Source: the human T2T-CHM13v2.0 reference genome, Homo sapiens. Taken from it: a stretch of DNA of 64,000 nucleotides. Shown here piece by piece: positions 39,521 through 56,305 of the stretch; the stretch's first letter is position 1, and each line of letters opens with the position of its first letter. Position numbers and translations under genes: made by a program. The DNA is taken from assembly GCF_009914755.1 (NCBI RefSeq), contig NC_060930.1; one strand, 5' to 3'. A model generated the notes under the pieces. That model was not told the DNA's origin. It saw only the letters and a program-made list of their open reading frames with translations, and did no database searches.

Positions 39521-42272
39521 GTAAGTGATCTTCCTGAATTAAATGCACTCGCTCTGAATCAGGGGACACGAGATTTACAGAGGTTGGCCAGCCTTAGGAT
39601 GGACTCTGAGCCATGTCCTGGGTGGTCTTTGCCAAAAAAGGCAGTTACTTGGCAAGTAGCAAACGGTGCCCCACAGTGTGTGGGGGGCAGGCTAGGTTGT
39701 TAGAATCTTGGGCAAGTGATGTACTCTGCCCATTTATAAGCACCTTCCTGATAACTTATGGTTTCTGGACCGCCCAAAATTACTCTTAAGCTATTTACAC
39801 GAGGAAAAAAGATCCCCTTTACTTACTAATTCCTAACTAGCCCCACTCAGCAAAGGGCCTTATAGAAGGTGAGTTCTTAGAAATCATAAACTCTTGCAAA
39901 ATTTAACATGAGCTGATATACAACCGGGAACATAAACTCATGAAATAATCTATAATGAGAAATTTCTTCACTTCAACCTAGGAAATTTTAGAATATCCTA
40001 GCATTTGCTCTAACAACACTTGTCTCTTACAAAATGATGTCATCTTCTTAGAGTACTGAAAGCCAACTTAATATGAACACTGTTTCCTGACAGGCCTTTT
40101 AAGATGATGTGCTTTAAACAATACAAGCTTTAGCTCATATATCTCTGCTACTAATACAATTCATATTTCATCTCTATTATTTGTAGTAATAAAAATAAAA
40201 TATTCTAAGTATCATTAGAGAAAAAAGATTAAAAATATATACAAATATTTTAGCTGTCTGCATGATAGTATATATTTTTTAAACCTTCCTATTTGTTAAA
40301 TAGCTTTACACTTGGTATGCTAAGACAGATTTTGCTACTGAGTAAGCAACTGTCTGGGAATGAGGCATTAAATAATAAATGCATCTTTCAAATTTGTGTA
40401 ATTTACACCCTGGGAAGATCTGAGTTATTACATGGCAATTCATTATGTTAAATGAATAGTGTTGTTTTCCAGTGTCACATTATTTCCTTTGCTTATAGGT
40501 TGCAAACCTGATAACTTATTCCTAAACGACATACTTAAAATACATGAATGAAACAGATTACCTATAGACCTCTAGGCCAGGTTCCCATGTGGCTATGCAA
40601 AACGATATCCTAATTATTGGGAAGTGTGTCAGGTGATTTACAGTAGTTAAAATTCTTGGAAATGGACTAAAATTCTGCTTGTTGTAACTAATTCTTTTTC
40701 ATGGAATTTCACATAAATTGGTTCTCCTAGGAGTCAAGATGATGCATTTATCAGCAATACCATAACCATTCAGGTTAATCATTTAGTTTTTCTTCTACAC
40801 AATATTTACAATTTTGATGTTTTTTAATGTTATACTTTAATTTTTTTTTTACTGGTTGGGGTTCTTTTCTGTTTTTTCCTAAACCTGTATTCATAATTCT
40901 TGTATCATATTAATTCTTTAATATAATCTTACACCTAAAGAGATAGTTCTGCAAAATCTGATGTTTCTGTATTGCCAAATGTAATAAGTATGCCTACATG
41001 ACTTAAAAAAAACATTGATTATGAAGCAGGCTTCTTTATAAACAACTTAATTGAGATCCATTATCTTCTCTTTTTATGTTCTAAAGGAAAATCTTGTACT
41101 AGCAATACCTCTCTTGCCATTGGAAATCGTAATTCTTAAATGCAAACATTATTTATCCATTCATCTATTTATTCAGTCAACAACTGTCTCTCTCTCTTTT
41201 TTTTTTTTTTAATACCCAGTGTTTGCTAAGCACAGTTCTGGGGATTTGGGATCAGCAAAGCAAAGTCCCTGCCCTTAGTACTCCGAGGAAAACCAAAATA
41301 ACAACATTCAAATCTTGATAAAAGAAGGCTGGACAATACCGTTTATACAAAATAACTTCAGTGGTACAGGAAATAAAAATTTTCAATTTCATAACCAATA
41401 TTTACATTTCACCATTTTTATCTTTAGCAGTATAGACTTCTCAGCATTATAAGGTGAAAATGTCCTCATCTCTTTCTGAAGGTGTATTTTGATTCAGGAT
41501 GTGTATGCCAATTTCCAGCTTTTCTTAATTGCAACCTCATGCTCCAAGAGCCAACACCCTCCAAACCACTTTTCCAGTTAGATAAGTCAACATTCCAATG
41601 CTCTTCCACCTAAAACATGAAGAACTGTATATATCATAAGGAGTTATACAGAGACTCCTGATATTTCTCTGAGTGCGATAGTGATACAAGTACATAAACT
41701 TGATAATAAATATGTTTCATCAAATGGGCTGTGCAAGCAGAAATGCTTATTTAAACAATCTGGATATGAGAGTGCAAGATTATTGAAAAAATAATGATAA
41801 ATGTAAATGGCAAAATTTTTAAAATCTCAATGTCAAATATTTTTCTTCAATAGAAACTAGACTTTCTTTCCATGAAATTTTTGTTGCATTCTATAAGAAA
41901 ACAAGCATCACAAAAGCCCTGCAACGAAATAATATTCAAATTCACATTTTTATAGTGCTTGCCTATAAAGAGATATGAGATACACAACTTGAAGATTTCA
42001 TAGTTCATTTTCCTTTAAAAGTCTTGTTTGGGGTGTGATAGAGCCCATGACCAGAAACTAGTAACCCAGTATTTTGTTGTCTTTATCTTGTCAGATACTT
42101 TCTGTGCTGAACAAGCTTATCACGAAGCAAGTTAGAAAATCGACCCAGGGTTATGGTGACAGAGAAGTTGAGTTCAGCCTAAGCTTTCTATTACAGCTTT
42201 CCTTCTCAAAAGACTATAGATGCTTTATGCTCAAAGTTTAGGGGAATGGAATAAATAATTTTTTTAATATTA

Positions 42273-42845
42273 AAGGTTGAGTATTCCTATTCCAAAAGTC
42301 TGAAACCTGAAGTGGTCCAAAATACAAAACTTTTTGAGTGTTGACATTACACTCAAAGAAAACTCTTTTGAGCATTTTGGATTTCAGATTTTCAGAACTG
42401 GCGTGACCATCAGTATATAATACAGATATAGTCAGCTCTTTGTACAGATTCTGCCTCCATGGATTCAACTAACCTTGGATTGAAATGTTTGGGATAAAAA
42501 TTTTATCTGTATTGAACATGTACAGACTTTTTTTTTTGAGTCATTATTCCCTAAACAATAGAGCATAGCAACTATTTATGGAGCATTTATATTGTTTTAG
42601 ATATTATAAGTAATATAGACATGATTTAAAGTATATAGGTAGAAATGTGTAGGTTACATACAAATACTACGCCATGTTATATCAGGGACTTGAGCATCTG
42701 CAGATTTTGGTATCTGCAGGAGGTCCTGGAAACAATTCCTCATGGAGACTGAGGGATGACTGTATTCCAAATTTGAACAAAAAACAAAAACAAATCCAAA
42801 ACACTTCTGGTCCCAAGCATTTCAGATAAGGGATAGTTCAACCTA
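42273..42845. mobile_element. Tigger4a/MER46-like MITE interrupted by MER2
   Basis: TA-flanked inverted termini aggttgagtattcct...aagggatagttcaacct. Confidence 0.7.
42429..42762 (-). mobile_element. MER2 (TcMar-Tigger) nested insertion
   Basis: atggattcaactaacc...agggacttgagcatctgcagattttggtatc...gagggatgactg; TA flanks. Confidence 0.8.
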
Positions 42846-44189
42846 TACTTTACATGTATAGTGTGTTTTATATTTACCAATCATGTGCTCATTTAACACG
42901 TAGTGGTAATCATCAATATTTATAAATTATATATTAAAATATTAATTTGGCTTCTGTAACACTGACCAAATAACAATAGCTTAATTAAGATGGAAGTTGT
43001 TTCTCTCATAATAGAAGTTCAATTTTGTAGGCAATCCCAGGAGGTTGGGCAGCATTCCCCATGAGGCAGGTGCAGGGGCATAGGAGCATGTTTGTTCTTT
43101 GCATCCTGTAAAATGACACCTGAGACAAGGGGGGCTCGAGACCACCAGGGTCAAATACCTGCCCTCAAGAAGGAGGAAAGTGGAAGCAGAGAGCTTCCCA
43201 TTATGTGCATGACCCAGACACAGCACCCCACTTTCATTCTCATCCAACTGGCCAGAACCTAGTAATAAATACACCTACATTTTCCCTTTTTGCAAAAGCC
43301 TATGAAAGCTTGACCCATGAAGCAACTCCCAAGCCCACGTACCTGTCTCCTCAGGAAAAGGATGAAGGAAGCTATGTAGTTCCAAAAGGGCATCATCTCC
43401 AACACCTACTTCAGGTGGAGGAGAGAAAAATGGGTATGGAGCAATCTGCAAGAATGAGGCAGGAAGAAATGAAAAGCAAACAGCTTCACTATGAGGGCAT
43501 GTCCCAGAAACAGCAATCCTCACTCCTGCTCAAATCCATTGCCAAAACCTAGTCTTATGGCCACAGCTAGTTGCAAGAGAGGCTGGGACATGTAGTCTTT
43601 AACTGGTAGCTCTGTGTCCGGCTCAAACTCACAATGTTTTATTACTGTAGCCAAGGAATATTGGGGGATAATTAGAAGTGTCTAGCTCCAGTGCTAAATG
43701 TGCTACATTATTAGTGAAGAAAAGGAGAGAGACAAGTAAAATAATTACAATACAAATAAACAGATGTCTCTGGCAGAGAAGTACTAATGATGAAGGGACC
43801 AAGTGGCGATGAACTAATGGGTGCCCTCATCACCTTTTGTCTAGGCTTGTACAATATCATCCACCTATCAATTGGTTGACTCCCTCAATCAATTATCAGT
43901 ACAATTACACTAATCTTTCTGGTACAATGTTCTGCTCCTATCACTATTCAGAGCTTTTGGAGCTTCCCAATTCTTATAGAAAAAAAGTCAAGATACTTCC
44001 CCAGGGCCAGCAAGGTCTTGTGTGATCTAATCCCATTCTGTGTTCTAAAATTTCATCTCCCACTGTTCTCATTTGCTTCAGTCAATCTGAACCAAGGAAA
44101 TAAACTCATATTCTTTATTTTTGTGTTTCTGTTTATGTTGTTCCCTTTGCTCGAACACCCTTCTCCCTACATATCTGCATATACAAATT

Positions 44190-45210
44190 CATTCTATCAT
44201 CAGGTAACACATATCTATTGATCACAGACTATGTGCAAAGCACTGTTTTAAATGCTAGGAATTTAGCAGTCAGCAAAAGACAGAACACATGCTGTCAAGA
44301 AGCTTATATTTTTGTGGCCAGCAAAATGCCAACTGCTTTAAGAAGACTTCTTTAATTCTCCCTTCCTGTCACCCACATAGAAAGTTATCCTTTATTCATT
44401 GTGTTCTACTTTGTATTATGGTCATTTCTGCTCATGTTTTATCTCCTTATGTAAATTCTCCGTGAGGGCAGTATCCACATCTAAGTCACTTTTTAATCTT
44501 AACCAGAACCTAACAGTGTATTCAATAAATATTTGATGAATGAAGGAAAGCAATTCTACCCTTTCTTCTTATCTCATATTCTCCTACTTTCTTATTATAA
44601 TTGTTATTTGTCTCTATTTTGAATTTTTTTAAGCCATCCTCTCTAATTGTGGAGCCCAGAAGCTCCCTTTAAAACTTGAGAAGGCCGAATCATGGCATTC
44701 GTCACCTCAACCCCTCAGGTGGCTCCCTGCCTCACTCAGAGTAAAAGCTAAGCTTCCTCTATTGGGAAGGCCCTGTGTGATCTGCCCACCCTTGCTGCTT
44801 TATGCAACTCTGCTGGCCCTGCCTCCGGAACTCAGTTAGTGCCACGCCTTTGCCCTTCCTGTTTCCTCTGCCTGAAATGCATTTTACCCTGTGTGTCCTC
44901 ATCTCTTGATGCTTCAAATTTCTGTTTAAAAATTAGCTATTTAGTGAGCCTCTTCCTGACCACTCTATTTTAAACTTCAGACCCTTAACAATCCCTTCCA
45001 TCCCTGCTCCAGCACTCCCATCTCCCTTCCCTGTTTTATATTTTTCCCTCTAATATTAATTTAGTTGAGCCTGTGTTTTTCTTCTACCAGAGAGTAAGCC
45101 CCAGAAGGGCAGGAATTTGTTTATTTCACCCATTGCTGCATCCTCACCTCAAGAAAAATTTATGGCACATAGTAGCTGCCATTTATCTTATTTTGATCAG
45201 TTGAATTAAT
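44190..45210. mobile_element. Cluster of L2 3'-end fragments
   Basis: actatgtgcaaagcactg, gagggcag...caataaatatttgatgaatgaa, tcctctgcctgaaatgc motifs. Confidence 0.55.
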
Positions 45211-45899
45211 GAAAGACTATATTTTATACTATAATTAGACAATCATCTTCAAATCAGTGGCTCCAAAGAAAATGCCAATGATGTTATATAGATATTAAAT
45301 CTAGAAATGAGAATAATTTGCAGCTGTTTTATGCAGTATCATAAAAGTTACACATGTTCATTGAAAAAAGTTAAAGTGGTTTGGCTTAGAAAAGCTTTTT
45401 CCTGTCTAAGATGATGAGAAAAAATTCAGTCTTTTTTTCCTGGATTCTGTTTTACTTTTAATTTTTTATTTTGAAAGTTTGCTTCACCTTAAGTCATTTT
45501 GATTTTGGAAGGTATAAATTTTGACTTATTTTCCCTAAATGGCCAGAGAATTGTTACATTACCCTTTATATACTTAAATTAAATTATATCAAACATCTTC
45601 CTATCAAATTTAGGAATTCCTATCCAATTTAAATAATATATCAGTGCTGTTTTTATTATTTCAAGTAACTTTATTAATAATTGATTACTTAATGTCATAT
45701 ATTTATTCTTTCATATATAATAGGGCTAGTGATCTTCATTCCATTTGGCTTTTCCAACCAATCTTATGAAAAGGCAGAGTAGACTGTGTTTTTCCACTTA
45801 ATGTATAAATCTCAAACAATTTACTATTTTGTGGTTGTTTATAGATACTTATTAAAGGATAGAGCAAGGACTGGAACCTAGATTTCTAGGTTTTTCTTA

Positions 45900-46860
45900 C
45901 AACAGTTCTCTCACATATTGTAAGTGAATCACTTGGTGAATATCAAACCAAACACACTGATACAACCAACACCCAAATCCAGAAACATTGTCAACACCAC
46001 AGAACCCCATCTGTCTCTTTGTAGTCACTACCCAACATTCCCACATGCTAACCTTCTTCTGACTTTGGCCAACAGACTAGTTTCACCTGTTTTTGTACTT
46101 CTATACATGGAATCATAAAGTATGTAATTGTTTTGTGTCCAGTTTCTTTCATCAACATTCTGTTTGTGAGATTCACCCACATTATTGCATACAACTATAG
46201 TTGTAAGTAAATCCTTCATGTTTATCCCTGTCTAGTATTTTCTTGGATATACCATAATTTATTTATCCATCGCTTCCTCGATGGGTATTTGTGTGACCTC
46301 CAATTTAGAACTGTTACAAATAGCACTGCTAGGAAAATTTTTACACTTTTTTTGGAGAAAGTATCTACGCATGACCAAGGACATATTTCTGGGAGTGGAA
46401 TTGCTGGACCCTAAGTCATGCTTGTTTGGCTTTAGTAACTAAACTAAAGCTGTTTTCCCAACTGATTTTTCAAATTTAAACTCTTTCCAGTGCTATATGA
46501 GAGTGCTGTTTGTGCTACAGTCTCACCAATAATTAATATTTTCTTTATTTTGCATTTTAAGTATTCCAGTAGGTATGTAATGTTATATCCTTGTCATTTG
46601 AATATTAATTTTATTGTGACTAATGAAGTTAACAACTTCTTCATATATTTACTGTCCATTTGGATATACTCTTTATTGAAGTGTCTTTTTAAGACTTTTG
46701 ACTGTTTTTCTCTTGGCTTGATTTGGTTTTTTATTTATTTGTAGTACTTTTTTCCATCTATATTCTAAATGATATGAGGCACTTGTCTAGTATTGTATGT
46801 ATTGCAACTACAGTTACCCACTCTGTGAGTTTCCTTTCCATTCTCAATAATGGCTTTTAT
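45900..46860 (-). mobile_element. Old L1M (MC/ME-like) fragment
   Basis: atggaatcata, tgtgagattcacccac, ggagtggaattgctgg antisense L1 motifs. Confidence 0.65.
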
Positions 46861-49800
46861 TGCTCTTTTTAAAGTTACATACTTTGTGAAGAAAAATGTT
46901 TACCTCAAACATACTTGTGTATTTCTTCATAATGTTTCCTCAACCAGTTTCAACTAGCTCACAGTGAAATACATATACATTAAGACACATGACTTGGAAA
47001 ATAAATTGGAGCGATTGGAAATGAAATAGAATAAACAACAGAGAAATAATAAAATAAAGTGTAATTAAAGTAGAAAGCTTGGGCTCAAGAAAAGAAGCAT
47101 CAATTTTGTCATTCATAAGAGTCAGTATATTTATCAATGGATGTTCAAATTTAATTCTGAGCTTCTTGGCATCTGTTGCTGAAAGGAGAACATTATACAC
47201 ATCTCATTATCACAAAAGGAGAAGCCCATCAATCCCTATAGGGAACTGAAGCTTTCTCTACACTGAACTCTCTGAGAAATTGGTCATGTCACATTTTAAA
47301 TACATGCAACATACCATATCTACATTTTTATCTTTTGCAAGAAATGCAGTGAAAATATCATCCACAAAAGATTTCAGTGAGAGCTAAGTACACGTTATTA
47401 AAATGTATCTTGGCAAATTGGATTTTGCCTGATATTAAATTGTTGTAGTACATGTACGTAGACTTTCGGTGGTCCAATTTGATCTGGAAATGGAATTTAC
47501 AGTGCTCACAGAAATGTGTAGATTGTATATATTTTAGTTATTGTTCTCAGTTCATTTCATGATGGGAGCAAGATAGCTGCGTTTTTGTAGTTGGCAGGGA
47601 GAAAATGTGTAATATGATAAGAGCACAGAGCTGAACGACCTGAGAGGGTCTGAGTCCAGGAAAGTTTCCTGAAGGGAATCATGTTTGGTGAAATATAACA
47701 GTTGAGAAGGACCTAGGGGAGTGTGCAAAGGCTGAGAGAGACCAGGCTCCCAGCTACTGTGGTTTTCAATCTTATTTTCTGCCTTTTTTTTTTTGCCATA
47801 AATAATTATGTTGTAAGTTCTATTCATTATATACATGTTAAAAATTATTTAGATTGCATATATATTTTATATATTTTGAGAGCATATAGAGTGTATATAC
47901 CTACCTGTATGTTTGTATAGATTGCAATGTACATAATTATAATACCTTATATGGAATTTTATGGATTCCTTCTAATATGCTAATATTTTACATGTTGTTG
48001 AAAGCTCATAAGCATTTAAAAGGCTTCATAAAATTCTATGCTTTGAATTTGTCATAATTTACTTTGTCTTTCACTTAGGTTGTTTTCAAGTATTTACTAT
48101 TAGTGTATACATAGGGTTGAAATTAGTATCTTTCTATAAAAAGTTTTTTCTGTATTTTACAGTATTTCCTTGAAATACAATTTCTGAAGTAGATGTACTG
48201 GGTCAGAGAGCTTATCAATCTTAAAACCCCAATCAAGGTTTTATTAATACTGCCACCTGCTGTGCTTGAATGTGCCTATTCTAGCTCCTCCTGTGGCCTG
48301 CCTAAGGGGCTTTTGACTTCCCGGACCTTGCCTGCTGTCTACCTCCTCATCTGCCAGTGTTGAGGGTCAGGATCTCAGCACCTCTGAAACCTATTCATGA
48401 TACAAATGAGGGGGTTGCAAACATCTAAGGCTGTAGTTCTCAGATTGCAAATTGTAATCACTTGAAAGATTCCCATTTAATTCTTCTAAGTGTTCTGGGG
48501 TTGATTTAATTAGTCTTTAATTAGGGGTTGAGAACATCTGGGTACATAGTATGATGGGGAAGATCTCAGAAAACTATTTTCTAGATGGCTACTCAATTTT
48601 CCCAAAGACATTTATTATGTAATATTTTATTCCCCATTGCTTTGTGTGTTCTTTTTCTTTTTGTGTGTTTCATAATTCTACATAATAGAGATATTTGAGA
48701 GGAATTTTTAACGAATGTCCACAGTTTTAATTATTGTGGTAATTAAACCACAACTTGGTAATATGTTTTAGAAATTGGTGGGGCTAATTTATCCTGTTAA
48801 TTCCCAGAATGTTTATTTTAAATTTTAACATTTTACCGGTTTAATCTTCCAAATGACCTTTTAATAAGATGTAAAGTCGAACATCATTTTGAGTTGGAAA
48901 TGATCATATAACTCACTAGCAAATAATGATCATTGTATAACAGTCTTCACTTATAGTAATATAATTTATCATTCCATGCTTATAGGTATACATTTTCCTA
49001 ATAAATATTTTTATATTTATTTTATACCAAGCCATCTCACTAACCAATGTTTTCACTGAATTGCATGTATTTTATTTTAATCATGTTCTTCTACATTTTG
49101 AAAAATTTAAATCTACAAATAAATATAGAAATAGAAAAAGAGGCATTTATTCACCATCTAGATTTAATAAACAATATTTTTAATTGTAACATTATATTCT
49201 TATAAGTAAAACAATAACCTCACTAAGAGAGCCACAGCTTAATTTGTACTCTGTCCTTTCATTCCTAGAGGCAAGCAGGATCCTGAAATTTGTATACATT
49301 ATTCCTAAATATGCATAATGAATATATATGTATTCGTATATCCTATAGATAGATGGATACAGAGATAGATGCAGAGATATAGAGATAATAGAAATTCAAG
49401 AACTGTTCTTCAGGTTACTTTTTCATCTGAGCTATTTGGTTACAGTGCAGGTTTCTGTAATGCCTTCAGGTCATATTCAGTTCATTAATAGCAGAATGCT
49501 ATCAGTGTACGTAAGACGTTCAGATGTGACTTTCCCCATCTTGTTAGTATTTTGTGTCACAAAGTAACAGCAACTGGGTACAAATTATACTAACACAGCT
49601 AAATGCAGAGTGACACAGAGTAATAGTGTCATAGATTATACCTGTTTGCTATGGGTTCTTCTTCCTAGTTCTGTTTGTGCACTTGCTCTTGGAAGCATCT
49701 AATGTGAGGCAAGCCCAATCTTTGTAGATCCTTACAATGTCCCTATCATTTTTTCAAAAGGCATAGCACTATACTGTATTTACTCCAATATTTCATTTTT

Positions 49801-50019
49801 AAAGGTAAGGAATGTAATATTTTAACTGTGGTAGTTCATTTTAATTAGAATGATTATTAAATGCTCTGGTTACAAAGTTGCATGTATGTATAGAGCTTTG
49901 TAAACATTATTTTCCCCATAGGTTTCCCCATACACTTTGATATTTCTAGTTAGCCATTTTGTTAAATGGTGGTTCTCCAGGAATGCATGTCCTGTTAATA
50001 GCAAATTTGTTTACCTGCT

Positions 50020-52029
<2,010 letters not shown>

Positions 52030-52431
52030 ATTTCAATTTTTTATATTCTTAATTTGCTAAGGGTGTTTTTCTTAATTGGAAGTAGTATTGAATTTTATCA
52101 GACACTTGCTGCATCTGTTGTGATGATTATAAGATTTGTTCCTCTTCAGTCTGTTAACGTTAATTATGTGAATACATATATTCTAATGCTGAATTATCCT
52201 TATATTCTTTTACATTATTTAATCATGATGTATTTAGCTTAAAAAAACAAGCATAAATTATTGGTGTCTCTGATTTACCAGGCAGCAAAGTCCTTCCTAG
52301 TGATCCACCACAAGGTGCTTTTGTCATATCATTCCAAGATGAGGTACTATTGCTAGGGTAGTCTTTTCAAAACTGTGTGTTATTGCTAGGGTAGTTAGTG
52401 TCTTCAAGATCAGGTATTATTGCTAGGGTAG

Positions 52432-52816
52432 TGTCTTAGTAGGCTGGGTCTGTCATAACACAATACCATAGACTGGGTGGCTTAAACATTTATTTCTCAT
52501 GGTTCTGGAGACTGGGAAGTTCAAGGTCAAGGTGCCACCATTTTGGCTCTTGGTGAGGGCTCTCTTCCGTGCTTGCAGATAGCCACCTTCTTGCTGTGTC
52601 CTCACATGGCTTTCCTCCATACATGTTTGTGAGGAGAGCATCTCTCTCTCTCTCTCTCTCTCTTTCTTGTTGAGCCACTAATCCTGGCCTAAAGGCCCCA
52701 TTCTCAAGACCTATTCTAACCCTAATTACTACCCCCAAAGCCCCATCTTAAAATACTTCACATTAGGGATTAGAGCTTCAACACATTAATTTTGGGGAAC
52801 ACAAACAGTCAGTATC
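52432..52816 (-). mobile_element. MLT1A-like MaLR LTR
   Basis: ataccatagactgggtggcttaaaca...ggaagttcaaggtcaaggtg...gcttcaaca. Confidence 0.75.
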
Positions 52817-52994
52817 AGGTAAGAGATGGGATTGCTGTGTTTGGCTCATCTGTCAAGACTGGAAGAAGGACCATCTCTTGGAGTTCTTGGCTGCCAGAAT
52901 GAAACAATATTTCTATAAACTAAAAGAAATCAAAAACCTTCCTTTGGAAAGAAAACTAAATGTGTGTACCACATTTGCATTCTACAAAAAATAT

Positions 52995-54372
52995 TTATTA
53001 GATTTTAATGATTTTTTTACATACTCATAATTTTTTTGCAGTGAGAACAGTTAAATCTACTCTCAGTGATTTTCAAGAATGCAATTCATTGTGATTAACT
53101 ATAGTCACCATGTTGTACAATAGATCTCTTGAATCTATTTCTCCTATTTAACTAAAATTTTATGTCCTATCACCAACATCATCCCAACTCCCTCATCTCC
53201 CAGCTTCTGGTAAGTACCCTTCTACTCTTTGCTTCTGTGAGTCTGGCTTTTCTAGATTCCACGTATGATATGGTTTGGCTGTGTCCTCACCCGAATCTCA
53301 TCTTGAATTTTAGCTTCCATAATTCTCACATGTTGTGGGAGGGACCCAGCAGGACATAATTGAATCATGGGGAGTGGTTTCCCTCATACTATTCTCGTGG
53401 TAGTGAATAAGTCTCACAATATCTGATGGTTTTATAAGGGGTTTCCCCTTTCATTTGGCTCTCATTCTCTCTTTGTTGCCACCATGTAAGACATACCTTT
53501 CGCCTTCCACCATGATTGCGAGGCTTCTTCAGTCACGTGGAACTGTGAGTCTATTAAACTTCTTTTTCTTTATAAATTACCCAGTCTCAGGTATGTCTTT
53601 ATTACCAATAGGAGAATGGACTAATACAACATGTAAGTGAGATTGTGTGGTATTTGTCTTTCTGTGTCTGGCTTATTTCACATGCATAAATATTCTCCAG
53701 GTTCATCATAGTGTCATAAATGACAGGATTTCTTTTTTTTTCTCATTCCCTCAAGCACTTACTCTTTGTGTTACAATACTCTTGTAGTAGTTTTAATCCT
53801 TCTCTTTTTAAGGCTGAATAGTATTCCATTGTCTATATATGCTACACTTTCTTTAACTATTCATCCATTGGTGGATGCTTAGGTTGTTTCCATACCTTGG
53901 CTCTTGTGAATAATGCTGTAATAAACATGAGAGTGAAGCTATCTCTTTGAATACTGATTCAAAGAGAATAGAAAGAAGATATTCAAAGAATATCTTCTTT
54001 GAATACAGGTTCAAAGAAGAAAAGTGGAATTGCTGGATTATATGGTAGTTTAAATTTTAATTTTTTGAGGGACCTCCGTACTGTTTTTTATAGCAGCTGC
54101 ACCATTTTGCATTCCTGCCAACAGTGTGCAAGGGTTCCCATTTTTCCACATCCCCACAAACACTAGTTATCTTTTGTCTTTTTGATGATAACGGTTCTAA
54201 CAAGTGTGAATATCTCATTATGCTTTTAAATTACAGTGCCCTGATGATTAGTGGTACTGAGCATTTTTTCATATATCTGCTGGGCATCTGAATGTCTTAT
54301 TTTGACAAATGTCTATTCAGTCCCTTTGCCCACTTTAAAAAATTTGTTCTTTTGCTATTGAGTTATTTGAGT
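52995..54372 (-). mobile_element. L1MA 3' portion, interrupted by THE1
   Basis: taactatagtcaccatgttgtacaatagatctcttgaa, aaggctgaatagtattccattg, gtggaattgctggattatatggtag. Confidence 0.8.
53266..53628 (+). mobile_element. THE1 solo LTR
   Basis: tgatatggtttggctgtgtc...aattacccagtctcaggtatgtc...ggactaataca; about 360 bp. Confidence 0.9.
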
Positions 54373-55446
54373 TCATGTTTTTCTTTTACTATTTTGGGTA
54401 ATTTTAAACAATTATTTTCATTGTAAAAGAGAAAAATTCTTATGTAGAGTCTTAAGAAAATACATAAAAGAGAAAAGATAAATCTCAAATCTCATTTTTT
54501 AGTGTTAATCACTCTTGAATTATTCCCACATCTCTACATGCCTTTTTTGTTTGTAGAATTGGAGTCATATCATACATATATCATACTATATTTTACATTT
54601 TAGTATGACCAATATATTCTCATTGCTAATTTATTAATGTTTTTTCCTTGATTGGATTTATTTATGCTTTGGTTTTCTTTGTATGCTATCTCTCGAACTG
54701 ACATACCAATTCTTCCAGTTTTGATAATGGATTTCTTATTTCTACTCTCACATATTTTTTTCTTTTGCTTTCCATTATTAAACTTTTTTACTGAGTTTTT
54801 GAATTATTTATTTAATGCCTCTTTTTAACAGTTTTATTGAGATGTAATTCATATACATATAATTCACTCAGTTACAGTGTAACATACAGTGGCTTTTAGT
54901 ATATTCTCAGAGTTGCACGTATATCACCACAATCAATTTTGAAACATTTTCCTCATGCTAAGGAAAAAAAACCCTTAATTATCATCCACCAAATGGCTTA
55001 TTGGTCCCAGCTCTAGGAAATTGTTAAGCTATTGTCTCTAGAAATTTGCCTATTCTAGACATTTGTCTTTTGAAATACTTTTGTTTGTAATAGAAATTAT
55101 TGTTCTTGTTATTTAAAAGATATGTAATTGTATTTTTGCTTCCCTCTTTTATATGGTTGTTACTTATGAGGAATTATTTTTCCTATTGGTTGGGGCTTTC
55201 TGATTATGGTTTGATTATGATTTTAAAAAATACAATTGTTGCTTGATGGTTATTTAGTTTCTACAGTCTAAGCTGCTTGAAGTTTATTAGAGTTTTGGTC
55301 TAGAATAGGATCATTTTCTAGAAATGTTCCTATGAAAACTTGAAAAAAAGACTTTTTTTGTCTGTAGTTATTCTGGATCATTAAATGCAGATCATTTGTT
55401 TCAGTGGGAAAGATATCAGAGACATCTATATAAAGATATTATTCCT

Positions 55447-55738
55447 GGCTGGGTGTGGTGGCTCACGCCTATAATCCCAGCACTTTGGGAGGCTGAGGTG
55501 GGAGGATTGCTTGAGGCTACAGTTCAAAACCAGCCTGGGAAACATAGCCAGACCCCCGTCTAAAACATTTTTTAAATAAGCCAGGCATTGTGGCACATAA
55601 CTGTAATCCCAGCTTCTTGGGAGGCCGAGGTTGGAGGATTGCTTGAGCACAGGAGACCAAGGCTGCAGTGAGCTGTGATCATCACTGCACTCCAGCCTCA
55701 GTGACACAGCGAGACCCCATCTCTTTATATATATATAT
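55447..55738 (+). mobile_element. AluJ with a (TA)n tail
   Basis: ggaggattgcttgag in both arms; ends ctctttatatatatata. Confidence 0.85.
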
Positions 55739-56305
55739 TTCATAAATATAAGTTGTGTATAGTAAGAATTTGGTCAGTCTTAGGCATATTTGAAATAGGT
55801 ACATAAGTTTTGGTATTCCCTTCTGTTTATTTTCTATATCCCTATTTAGTAATCCATAAAAAATTGTTTAAAGATTTTAAAAACATGACTCACTGCTAAA
55901 AATCAAATGATATCATGTAATGTTTATGGCTTTTGTGATTTTGATCAGTAAGTAGAAAATGCAAAAGAAAACAAGTTATAAACAATAATCAGAAAACAAT
56001 GGAGAAAATGTCATCAAAATGTATTTTTTCGTCTTTTTTTAACCATATCACAGAACCTAGCAAATTCATGTTTCAGGAGCTCTGAAAATGACCTGACAAT
56101 AGGTAACAATATTTATTTATACTTCCTTTTGGGCCCAGCATTCTAGACTTTTTCTATGTTATTTATTTCCTGGAAAATATATATTTATACATTCAATGGA
56201 TAACTTTCATATTTAATGGCCTTAAAATGAAATTTTTTAAAAAGATTCAGGAAGATATATATCATTTTGCTTCTGCTTCCTTAGTAAGAATTGACTTAAA
56301 AATCC

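Noticed and set aside
39521-39703. Extension of the PACRG ORF to 112 aa
   Set aside because: Read-through past the gtaagt donor into the intron; PACRG identity ends at codon 52-53
41300-41600. Approximate location of the leprosy-associated PARK2_e01(-2599) variant
   Set aside because: I cannot place the base or allele reliably from sequence alone
52335-52437. TATTGCTAGGGTAGT occurring three times
   Set aside because: A degenerate local duplication at the edge of an MLT1 LTR; no evidence of function
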